DNA of 64,000 nt from Bdellovibrionota bacterium (GTDB taxonomy: Bacteria > Bdellovibrionota_C > UBA2361 > OMII01): NCBI GenBank assembly GCA_044345405.1, contig JBIJBE010000002.1, positions 32,001-96,000 of the forward strand, written 5' to 3'. The notes beneath the pieces are model-generated. The model had not been told where the DNA came from. It saw only the letters and a list, made by a program, of their open reading frames with translations, and ran no database searches. The first letter of the stretch is position 1, and the number at the start of each line of letters is the position of its first letter. The translations under genes were made by a program, and so were the position numbers. Shown piece after piece: positions 40,056 through 49,063 of this stretch.

Positions 40056-42050
40056 ATGTGCCAAGAAGTGACCAAGCACACCCCGGCCTCTCGCAAGGTC
40101 TCGGCGGACAAGCAGCTCGCCCTCAGCATGGAGAACACCGTGCGGCTGCGCCAAATGGTCGATGATTATATCTCGGGGGCGCCGGAGATCCCCGAGAGGA
40201 TGCATCAGGCTACAGCTGAGATACGCTCTCGTATCGATGCTGCCGTGGATCCTCTCCTTTCACTCGGCACCGACAAGCCCATCAGCAACGAAGAGGCCTT
40301 CGCGGCCTTCAATAAACTTCGGGGGGTCTTGCACGGATGCGCCGTAAAAGGAGGAGCTCCTCAATCGGAGGAGGAGAAGCTCGCAAAATCGCTTATGGTG
40401 GACTATCGAAAGCACGCCCAGGACTTCGCTGAGGCGGGACTCGAAGTGTTCTCGGTTCCCACCCGTAGAACGAGCACCGGCGCCCATTTTCAACTAAGTC
40501 AGGAGATTACCGACCAAGCAAAATACGCCCGTACTGATGCGCGTGAGGGATCGTTCGGATTTTCACGATTTCTCATCTCAAAACTTCAAGCGGACTCCAC
40601 CCCGTGGAACCCGGTAAACTTTGTAACGGCGCTCTTCAAGCTGAATGACCTCGACCACGGATGGACGAAACGGAGCTACGCGCCCGAGCTGTGCGAATTG
40701 GTGGTCCGCCGGCTCCATACGATCTCGAACAGGGAGCTCTTCGACGGACGGGCGATCGCCAACCTCGCCAAAATCGCGCCGGGGCTGCTCGAGGCCGTTA
40801 CCCGGATCGAGCCCCGCAGTCCACAGCTTGAAAAGATGCTGTTCAACTCCCTCAGCAAGGCGGTGGAGTATTTGGAGGATAAACCGGATGAACGGTTCGC
40901 GGACGGATCGTTTCTCCTTCCAATGAGAGATATCTCAAGTCGATTCCTGACACCGGAAGGGGCCGGCGCGCTGTGCGCGTACGTCGCGAAGCTTAACCAC
41001 CTCTTCTCCCAGATGTCGTATCGAAATCACCTGCCTACCGTGGCGGCAACTTTTCACGCCATTCACGGAATCAGCTCGTGGGCTCTTACGCCCGATTCGG
41101 AAACGAAGTTGACGGTGATGCTGAGCAATCTGAACGACCGCCTGAGTAGGAATACAGCAAACTTCGACCAGATCGCCGCGGCTTCGATCGTGTATGGGCT
41201 TAAAGGCATAGATTTACCGAACCTCTCCCAGGACGCGCAGCTGGAGGTGTGCCGCACGATTAGGCTCGTTGCTGAAGGGGTCGAGCGAATGCCTCTCGGG
41301 ACGAAACTCAATCACGGCGCAATCTCATCGATCATTCATGGACTCACGGTAGCGCTGTGCGTCAAGGAAGGGGCCGTCGCGAGCGCCACAAAGCGACTGG
41401 TAAGCGCCGTTGAAGCGCGTGTCCCGTTCGATGCAGATAGGATCGACCAACTTGGCATGATTGCGGGCGCGCTCGTTACCCTTTGGCCCCACGCCCAAGA
41501 TCACCCCACGCTGCGACAATCCCTTTTGCAGGCGATCGAGGAGCCGAGCGGGCACCCGCTCACATTTACCCGCTCCAACGATAAAGATATGATCGCGTGG
41601 CAAACCCTCCAGCAGGCGTATAGCCTTTTCTCTCGAACCATGCCCCAGCAGCTCCGGGACTTCGTGACCTCGATAAAGCCATCCGTCGAATCGTTCCGAA
41701 GACCGAGCCTGAGCGAGCAGAGGGTCCGTGGCTACCTCGCGGAGTATCCCAAACTAAGCTTGCTGGCGGTGCCCTATATTGACGGCTTTGAGGTTGACCT
41801 CATGATTCGCAAGGGACCCAAGCTCGTCGACCTTGAGGTCGACGGAGGCTTTCATAACGAACCCGCAAAACGGATCGCCGACGCTCAAAGGGATCTCTTC
41901 CTTCGACAGAAGCTTAAGGATATTACATTTGATATCGTGCGAGTCCCCAGCAACTGCACGAAGAGCGAGCTTTTTGCGGAGCTCGATCGTGTCTTCACGA
42001 ACCCCGATGACGCTTCACATAAACCGATAGACGTCACCGTTTCACGATAG
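40056..42050 (+). CDS. Helical-repeat protein with C-terminal RAP/DUF559-like PD-(D/E)XK domain
   Basis: C-terminal SE..V...GFEVDLMI...DLEVDGGFH...D.QRD.FL...IVRV; internal 44-48-aa repeats. Confidence 0.75.
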   Translation: MCQEVTKHTPASRKVSADKQLALSMENTVRLRQMVDDYISGAPEIPERMHQATAEIRSRIDAAVDPLLSLGTDKPISNEEAFAAFNKLRGVLHGCAVKGGAPQSEEEKLAKSLMVDYRKHAQDFAEAGLEVFSVPTRRTSTGAHFQLSQEITDQAKYARTDAREGSFGFSRFLISKLQADSTPWNPVNFVTALFKLNDLDHGWTKRSYAPELCELVVRRLHTISNRELFDGRAIANLAKIAPGLLEAVTRIEPRSPQLEKMLFNSLSKAVEYLEDKPDERFADGSFLLPMRDISSRFLTPEGAGALCAYVAKLNHLFSQMSYRNHLPTVAATFHAIHGISSWALTPDSETKLTVMLSNLNDRLSRNTANFDQIAAASIVYGLKGIDLPNLSQDAQLEVCRTIRLVAEGVERMPLGTKLNHGAISSIIHGLTVALCVKEGAVASATKRLVSAVEARVPFDADRIDQLGMIAGALVTLWPHAQDHPTLRQSLLQAIEEPSGHPLTFTRSNDKDMIAWQTLQQAYSLFSRTMPQQLRDFVTSIKPSVESFRRPSLSEQRVRGYLAEYPKLSLLAVPYIDGFEVDLMIRKGPKLVDLEVDGGFHNEPAKRIADAQRDLFLRQKLKDITFDIVRVPSNCTKSELFAELDRVFTNPDDASHKPIDVTVSR

Positions 42051-42100
42051 ACTTCATGCTCTGTTAGACGAGAGCAATCCACTACGTCCTACAAGAGGCG

Positions 42101-44770
42101 CTAGCTATTCGCCACTTGCTGAACAGCACCCTCGTAAGATGGAGCGCCTCGCTCCATCTCTCTCACAAGGGAGAGAGCCGCCACACCACTGACCGTGCGC
42201 GCCATGCAGATATCTGAGGCCTCAACACTTCGAAGGGGCGGGGTGGTACCGAGCCAAACGATCTCATTGTCAACGACAGCACCACACGGAACCATCGAGC
42301 CCTCCCTTCGAACGGTGATTCCACTAGATTCCAGGATTCGAGCACTGAGCTCGACCTCATCCCTCTCGGACTGATTGGTGGCGGCGCTCGTGATAACCTC
42401 TACTCTGACCCCTCGCGCGGTGGCGGGTTGCAGCACCGTCGCGAACACGTGGGAAGATCGCTGCCCAAGGAAGGGGGACCCAATAACGATAGATGAGCGA
42501 GCTTCGCGCATATCGGTCGTTATCCCCGCAAGAAATGTCTCTCCATCGAATCGTTGGAGAATCGAACAATCGTCTACGCTCGGGGTGCTCGGCGTGATCG
42601 CGTCTGGAAGCACCTCCCGCGCGTCGACAATACCGCCCCGTTGTTCGATATCGGCGAGGATTCCCGTCAACAGATGTCGCTCGGAGAGTTGAGCGCGAAG
42701 GTACGAGAGGTCAGCGACGATAACCAACCGAACCTGAGCGCGACTGAGAGCCACGTTCAGGAGGCGAGAGCCGGCATCTCGGAGCGACGTTCCCGCAAGA
42801 AATGACGAAAGCGTGTGTGGTTCGCTCTCGGTGAGGTCTAGAATAATGGTATCTCGTTCGGCGCCCTGGAATCGGTGGACCGTTCCCACGGTCACGTTGG
42901 AAAGCGAGGCCTCTTCGAGGAGATCCTCAAGAAGGGAGACCTGAGCGCGATAGGGAGCGATAACACCCACGTCGCTCGGCCCCTCCGCCAGACCCGCTCC
43001 GCGGAGAACACCACACACCGAACGAACGATCAGGGCATGCGTTAGGTTGCCCTTCGAGTTGTTTTCGAGATGCCCGCGGGGCTCAATCGAGCTCGAGTCG
43101 ATAAGAGTGACTGAACTGCGGGTCAACCACTCAGGCACACGCATCGCATCAAGAGTGGGGGCCTCCTTCTGTCGGGAAACGAGCTTGCCACCATAGAATC
43201 GATCGTTGATCAGAGTGCTGAGCGCCTCGTGCCCACGGAACTGCGTGGTGAGCATCGCAAGTGATGGATGCTCCTCACCACGATCAACTAGGTCTACGAC
43301 ACCCGCGACCTCAAAGACATCTCGAGCGAACCACTCTCTCGCCTTCGACGAGGACGAGAGCGATATTGGTGGCAACTGGCGGAAGTCACCGCCAATGACG
43401 ACCTTCTCGCGCGCTAGACCCGCCAAAAAGACCACATAGGGGAGGGGGAGCATCGACCCCTCGTCGACGATAACAGCATCGAACTCGCCCAGGTTTTGAC
43501 ATCGAAGAACCGCCTGCGTGGCCGTACACGCCACCACACGCGCGCGCCGCAAAGCGGAAGCGCTCGAATCCTCAACAAGCGACTCAAGGTCCCTAATCGC
43601 CTCAGTGATATCGTCATCCCGGGTTTGGAGATCCTCAACTCGATCGTGAACCTCACCAGCGGACACACCTTCTAGTTCGGTTGCCACCTCGAGGATCTCC
43701 CCCGTTACCACCTTCATGGAGCGTTTGATATCCTCTATCGAAGTCCCTGAACCATCCCCCGCACCGTACCGAATTCGCAGCACGCGGAGCACGGTTGCCA
43801 ACGAGCTCTCTGAGCTCCGAGCGTCAGCGTACAGCTTCTGAAGATTCACGAGCTCTTCCTGGAGCACACCTTGCTTCGCTAGTAAACCTTGCTGGTAGAG
43901 CAGCCCTTCAAGCTCTCGAGCGCACACCTCACGCTCCTTTCGAAGGAGCCCGATCCGTTCCCGAACCTTTCGTTGGTGAGTCTCAGCCAAATGCTCAAGC
44001 GATATCTGAGCACCGAACGCCCCCTGCAGGCCCTTTCGAGAGACCTGACCAACTCGAACGATACTCCCCTCAGGGAGGTTAACGCGCGACTTGCCGACGA
44101 TCCGTTTGCATAAGCCAAGGACGGTCCCATCGACGGCTCTATTGGTGTGGGACACGAGGAGGATGCGCTTATTCTGCGAGAAGAGGTAAAAAGCTATCGC
44201 CGAGAGCGTTACCGTCTTGCCGGTGCCTGGGGGGCCCCAAACAAATGTGGCGTCGTTTCGGATAGCGCGACGAAACGCCTCTTGTTGATCGCCCGTCAGA
44301 TCGTCAGGTGCCCCAATAAATTCACTATCCACCGGCGGTTGAATCGATGAGACGTCGAGCACCTGGGCCGCGCGCCGCTTATTGTAAGGAAAGGGGGGCT
44401 CATCTCCTGACACAGATTCAAGACGAGCCGCTAGGACAGAGAGGAGTTCAGACTTGTCGACCGTAAGGGTAGCTGACTCGATATCATCACCGAGATCGAT
44501 GAACGTTTCTACATCGAGCCCATCGCTTCTTCGGGAGATCACGGTACACTCGACTACGGCGCCCCTGACGGATAGGCGTCCGCGAGCCTCTTCTTGCAGA
44601 CGGGGCGGATTTACGAGATTGAATGAATAGAGGGGGCGTTGTGACGCGGTAGCGATCCGCTCGCCCTTACCCAGAGTGAACGAGGTTGAAACGCTCCTCG
44701 CCTCGCGCGCTTCGTCCTCAACGGCCGCGATAAGGGTCTGTAGAAGCTCTTTTGTGATCGGTTCGGTCAT
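42101..44770 (-). CDS. UPF1/DNA2-like SF1 helicase with C-terminal degenerate PLD-like domain
   Basis: WGPPGTGKT, SHTNRAVD, VDEGSM, GGDFRQLPP, QFR, IAPYRAQ, GTVHRFQGAE, LNVALSRA; C-terminal GSPF...AVVDNEIVWLG. Confidence 0.88.
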   Translation of the reverse strand: MTEPITKELLQTLIAAVEDEAREARSVSTSFTLGKGERIATASQRPLYSFNLVNPPRLQEEARGRLSVRGAVVECTVISRRSDGLDVETFIDLGDDIESATLTVDKSELLSVLAARLESVSGDEPPFPYNKRRAAQVLDVSSIQPPVDSEFIGAPDDLTGDQQEAFRRAIRNDATFVWGPPGTGKTVTLSAIAFYLFSQNKRILLVSHTNRAVDGTVLGLCKRIVGKSRVNLPEGSIVRVGQVSRKGLQGAFGAQISLEHLAETHQRKVRERIGLLRKEREVCARELEGLLYQQGLLAKQGVLQEELVNLQKLYADARSSESSLATVLRVLRIRYGAGDGSGTSIEDIKRSMKVVTGEILEVATELEGVSAGEVHDRVEDLQTRDDDITEAIRDLESLVEDSSASALRRARVVACTATQAVLRCQNLGEFDAVIVDEGSMLPLPYVVFLAGLAREKVVIGGDFRQLPPISLSSSSKAREWFARDVFEVAGVVDLVDRGEEHPSLAMLTTQFRGHEALSTLINDRFYGGKLVSRQKEAPTLDAMRVPEWLTRSSVTLIDSSSIEPRGHLENNSKGNLTHALIVRSVCGVLRGAGLAEGPSDVGVIAPYRAQVSLLEDLLEEASLSNVTVGTVHRFQGAERDTIILDLTESEPHTLSSFLAGTSLRDAGSRLLNVALSRAQVRLVIVADLSYLRAQLSERHLLTGILADIEQRGGIVDAREVLPDAITPSTPSVDDCSILQRFDGETFLAGITTDMREARSSIVIGSPFLGQRSSHVFATVLQPATARGVRVEVITSAATNQSERDEVELSARILESSGITVRREGSMVPCGAVVDNEIVWLGTTPPLRSVEASDICMARTVSGVAALSLVREMERGAPSYEGAVQQVANS

Positions 44771-44925
44771 CGCCGCGGCACTCTAGCACGATCCTCTCGA
44801 AAAGGATCTAAAACTTCAAAAATCCTCAGATTTTTAGCAGACCTGACCTAAAACCGACACCCTCAAAATGCCCACGACGACCCGGGCTTTGACTAACACC
44901 TAACTCCCATAGATCATGAGCCCTT

Positions 44926-46785
44926 ATGCCAATACCGAACGACACCTCTCTCTCCACGCTCCGCTCGAGATACGATCGGACCGTCTCTAGGGCCGAAAAG
45001 ATCTCATCGGAATCCGAGGCGCCTGTGCTCGATAGGGCGCTCAAGGAGCGCGCGACGTTTGAGAATCTCGTCTCGACCACCCCTCAAATGGAGGTATTTC
45101 GAGAGCAATTCGGTATCGAGTGGGGGGAGCGCTTCACACCCGTCGCGACCTTCGTCAAGCAATCGTTTTTTGGACTCGAGGGAAAGGCTCTCGTTGAGCA
45201 CCTATGGCGACAGCTCCCGAATTCTCGCTTCAAGCGTTTCCAGGAGGCGTTCTGCGATCCCGCTGACTATGCCATTCCGAAGCCGAATCTCCAGGCGCCG
45301 TGCGTGGAGTACCCAACCCGGGAGGTTCTCAACACATGCTCACTCACGGGATGTCTCGTTAGTCCTGCTCGCGTGCCTTTTAAGCTCCTCGTCGACCTCG
45401 GAATCGTCCCCGAACCGGAGGGTAAGATCTCAGACCTTGAGGCGTTGGCGATCAAGTCAGATCCTGGTGTCATTCAGACGCTCAAGGCTTTATGGGCATC
45501 GGCCGAACCCATTGCGCGAAACAATAACCGGTTCGTGATCGTACGCCCACTCCGCGACGACACCTCACGATACTACCCTGAGGCACGAGCGCTTTCGAAC
45601 GGCGTAGTCGGTTCTCTGATATACACCCGAGAGAACGTGGCTATCGACCGATCGAGCGCAAGAAATTCACGGGGTTCGTGGACAGCGCCCCAGATAATCC
45701 CCGCTTTCTTCTCAAACATCTACGCTGCGCGGCGAAAGACTGAGCATCAGAACTCAAGCTATCAGCTTGAGACCACCACCGTGGGGAATCTCGCGGTTGA
45801 GTGGAACGAACTTACAACACGAGCGCGCGCAGAGTGGCGACGAAATGCTCCCCAAGAGGTTAAACAGGAGATTCGCACAGCGCTCGTGAGCCTAGTGGCG
45901 CGCACTCGGCTCGAGCTGAGCTCCGTGAGCCACCACCTTAAGCAGCGCGCCTCCGAAAGGTTCGAGGCTCTTGAGGAACGCCTTAGGAGCGGCTCCAACA
46001 ACATAACAACGCACATAACGGCCGCCAACGCCGCGGTTACTGACCTAGAGAAACGGCTCGTACACGTTCCGTATAAAAGTGGGCACAACACCGTCGACTG
46101 CGAGCAGCTCTCTCGCATTATTAAGGACGGGGAACACGCGTTCGAATTAATGAGAACCTCCCTGTTCGCCGCGGGATGTCGACTACGCGACGAGATGACG
46201 CAGCGCGGCGGGTATTTTAGTCAACGTTCGCTCTCGGTTGAGCAACGCGCAACGCAAGCCAACATCCTCATCTCTCGAATGAGGATCCCATTGGCGGCGC
46301 TTAACAACGTACACCCTGTCCGTCCTTTGCGGGCTTTCGAGATCGCCCATCGAACCGCCTACACCCACCTGCGAAACGCGATACTCACGCAAAACGCTCA
46401 AGCGACTAAGGAGGCGATGGTTAAATTGGTTATCTACTCAAAGCTCCAACGCGCTAACGCGATCTTCGAGATGCTGCGCTCCCTAACAGGCCGTTCAGAT
46501 GCGGTCCCCCTGAAAGAGCTGAAACGGCACGCGAGCGCCCTTCGGGGGCTCTTAGAGGCTCAGTCGGCTTTCCCGTACACGACCGTTCCCGAATTCCACG
46601 AGGTGTATCGAAAGCTTCAACGAACCGTGAGCACGATCGCTAGTGGCCTGGAACGATACGAACAGAAGGGGCTCGATCTCGACCAGCGGTCCCAGATGTA
46701 CTCGCGGTTGCGGGCCTACCTCGATAAGACCGACCTCGAAGCGTACGCCAATGAACTCGTAGTGAAGGATGAGAGCTCCGAGTAA
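44926..46785 (+). CDS. Hypothetical protein with helical/coiled-coil C-terminal half
   Basis: 619-aa ORF divergent from the helicase; no recognised motif. Confidence 0.7.
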   Translation: MPIPNDTSLSTLRSRYDRTVSRAEKISSESEAPVLDRALKERATFENLVSTTPQMEVFREQFGIEWGERFTPVATFVKQSFFGLEGKALVEHLWRQLPNSRFKRFQEAFCDPADYAIPKPNLQAPCVEYPTREVLNTCSLTGCLVSPARVPFKLLVDLGIVPEPEGKISDLEALAIKSDPGVIQTLKALWASAEPIARNNNRFVIVRPLRDDTSRYYPEARALSNGVVGSLIYTRENVAIDRSSARNSRGSWTAPQIIPAFFSNIYAARRKTEHQNSSYQLETTTVGNLAVEWNELTTRARAEWRRNAPQEVKQEIRTALVSLVARTRLELSSVSHHLKQRASERFEALEERLRSGSNNITTHITAANAAVTDLEKRLVHVPYKSGHNTVDCEQLSRIIKDGEHAFELMRTSLFAAGCRLRDEMTQRGGYFSQRSLSVEQRATQANILISRMRIPLAALNNVHPVRPLRAFEIAHRTAYTHLRNAILTQNAQATKEAMVKLVIYSKLQRANAIFEMLRSLTGRSDAVPLKELKRHASALRGLLEAQSAFPYTTVPEFHEVYRKLQRTVSTIASGLERYEQKGLDLDQRSQMYSRLRAYLDKTDLEAYANELVVKDESSE

Positions 46786-46959
46786 GGCGAGGGGGCGGGC
46801 AGCCGGGAGTATAAACCCAACCAAATTCCCCTTCGTGGGGACTAAAACACCCAGGTCAACCACCTAAAAGGGTGAAAATAACCAAAAATTTACCCTTAGA
46901 ACGGTTCCTAGCTCGGCCAGATCGTATATATTGAACAGGCCGTTTAACGGGGTCTGTTT

Positions 46960-47943
46960 ATGAAGATTCGTATCACTGGAGTCGCACATCGACTTGGTTC
47001 TGAGGTAGTCCACGCTGAGACCCTTGAGAGCTATTTCAAGAAGGATCCGGGCACGATAGGCCAGGTCTCTGGCGTTACGCGGCTTCACCGCATGGGGCCG
47101 GGCGAGGATCTCGTTACCCTGGCCCGAGACGCGGCGATCGACGCGCTGGCGATGGCAAACGTTCCACTCTCCAAGGTCTCCGGCATCTTCTCATCCTGTA
47201 ATCCTACAACGGACTACCTGATCCCAACCCTCGCTCCGATGGTCGCGTCAAAACTCGACCTAACTCACGTTCTTGCCTGCAACGTCGGCATGGGGTGCGC
47301 GGGGGGCGTGCAAGCTTTGCAAGCGACCTTCAACCAGCTCCTCGCGGACTCAGCTCGCGGAAAGATAAGCACCTACGTGCTCGTGACGGGTGACCACATC
47401 AGCCGGATGATCGATCGTGAGAGCTGGAAGACAGCCATCCTCTTTAGCGACGGCATCTCGGCGGTCGTTGTTACGAACGATCCGGAAGCTACCGGCGGTT
47501 TCGTTATCGAGCACGTCGCCTCAGAGTGCTATGCGGGTGAGAGCGTCGATGTTATCAACCTTCCAAATTCGCTCGCCCATCGAGAGAGCGCGGAGGCAAA
47601 GGTATGCCTCCTCCAGATGCGGGGACGTGGCGTTTTTGAGTTCGGCACGCGAATCGTACCACGCGTTCGAGAGCTCTCGGGGGTCGAGGATTTTTCAAAG
47701 TTTTATATCATCCCTCACCAAGCGAACGTCCGCATGTTGAACGAACTTCCGACCCCGTTCGGAATCCGTGATGAGCAACTCTATACGGACGGTATCACCA
47801 AGATCGGAAACATCTCTGGCGCCGCGTGCTTCCTCGGCCTCGAGGATTGCATGAAGCGTGGGCTCGACGATCAGGCTGAGAAGGTTCTTCTCTGCGCGTT
47901 CGGAGCTGAGCTGCAGGTAGCGGTCGCGGTACTCAGTCGGTAA
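46960..47943 (+). CDS. 3-oxoacyl-ACP synthase III (FabH-like), divergent
   Basis: Catalytic triad Cys (GMGCAG), His (PHQAN), Asn (GNISGA); ILFSDG; M.GRGVFEF. Confidence 0.85.
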   Translation: MKIRITGVAHRLGSEVVHAETLESYFKKDPGTIGQVSGVTRLHRMGPGEDLVTLARDAAIDALAMANVPLSKVSGIFSSCNPTTDYLIPTLAPMVASKLDLTHVLACNVGMGCAGGVQALQATFNQLLADSARGKISTYVLVTGDHISRMIDRESWKTAILFSDGISAVVVTNDPEATGGFVIEHVASECYAGESVDVINLPNSLAHRESAEAKVCLLQMRGRGVFEFGTRIVPRVRELSGVEDFSKFYIIPHQANVRMLNELPTPFGIRDEQLYTDGITKIGNISGAACFLGLEDCMKRGLDDQAEKVLLCAFGAELQVAVAVLSR

Positions 47944-47990
47944 TCGACGCCCGCTTGTTGCGTTACCGCACATCACCTACAATCGCGGTC

Positions 47991-48710
47991 ATGAACGCAT
48001 ACGATATCTTCGCATCTCATTACGACTCCGTTGTTGGCCAACGTGAGGAGGTCGCGACCTTTCTCCAAAAGCTCCTCCGTACCTACTCCCCAAAAGCGAA
48101 AACCCTCCTTGAACTCGGGTGCGGGTCAGGAAGTATGCTGAAGCTTCTCTCGAAGCGATATCAGGCCCGGGGGATCGATCTCTCCGCGAAGATGATCGAG
48201 ATAGCGAAGAAGAAAGCGCCGAAAGCGAAGGTCTCGGTAGGGGACATCACACAATTCTCTTTCGATGAGCGTTACGACGCCATCATCTGCCCCTTCGACA
48301 CGATCAATCACGTCACAAGCTTTCCTGCCTGGAAGCGCGTATTCGCGAACGCTCACAAACACCTCAATCCAGGTGGCGTCTTTATCTTTGACGTGAATAC
48401 CGAGACCAAGATGGAACGGTACGCCACAGAGCCCGTATTCGCCGAGATCATGAAGAATGAGATCTCGATCGTTGATGTGCAACGCGTTCGTCGGTATCGC
48501 TATCTGGTGAACCTTCGATTACTCAGGCGAGAGAAGGGTGAGCTCTACCGCAATCACGAGGTGCTCATTCCGGAGCTTGTAGTCCCCACGCCCCAGATTC
48601 TCAAGGAGCTCTCGAACTACTTCAAGCGGGTAACGCTCGTCGATCCTGACCGAAAGCAGCCCTCTGAAGAGACGGAGGAGTTGTTCTTTGTGTGTCAGGG
48701 GCCGCGGTAG
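47991..48710 (+). CDS. Class I SAM-dependent methyltransferase
   Basis: LLELGCGSG, GIDLSAKM, GDI, HLNPGGVFIFD. Confidence 0.92.
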   Translation: MNAYDIFASHYDSVVGQREEVATFLQKLLRTYSPKAKTLLELGCGSGSMLKLLSKRYQARGIDLSAKMIEIAKKKAPKAKVSVGDITQFSFDERYDAIICPFDTINHVTSFPAWKRVFANAHKHLNPGGVFIFDVNTETKMERYATEPVFAEIMKNEISIVDVQRVRRYRYLVNLRLLRREKGELYRNHEVLIPELVVPTPQILKELSNYFKRVTLVDPDRKQPSEETEELFFVCQGPR

Positions 48711-48795
48711 GCGGGAGGGTCATACCTGTCCGAATCTGTCCCCATCAGATCACCCACTTGATCAACGCCTAAACTTCTGGCAAACATCATAGGGT

Positions 48796-48891
48796 ATGAC
48801 GAAGTCAACAACCCTTCTTAGCCTATCGCTACTAGGGCTCCTTAGAGAGCCCCGTGGGGTTGCTTGGCCTTTCGCCTCTGATCGCTCATAA
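48796..48891 (+). promoter_or_regulatory. Leucine attenuator leader peptide (MTKSTTLLSLSLLGLLREPRGVAWPFASDRS)
   Basis: 7 Leu codons within 10 consecutive codons, three of them CTA; upstream of leuA and followed by hairpin 48911-48945. Confidence 0.78.
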
Positions 48892-48951
48892 GAGCCGTTA
48901 GAATATCGAAGAAGCCGGTAGCCCTGACGAGGGCGGGTTGGCTTTGTAGAG

Positions 48952-49053
48952 ATGGCGCTGCTCGTCTCCCTACCTCTCCTCATCACATCTACCCATGGCG
49001 ACCATCGAGTTCTGGCGAGCCATTTGAGCCGTTGGGGAAACTTTTTGGGTTAA
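48952..49053 (+). promoter_or_regulatory. Second Leu-rich uORF (MALLVSLPLLITSTHGDHRVLASHLSRWGNFLG)
   Basis: 5 Leu in the first 10 codons; TAA abuts the AAAGGA SD of leuA. Confidence 0.4.
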
Positions 49054-49063
49054 AGGAAAGACA

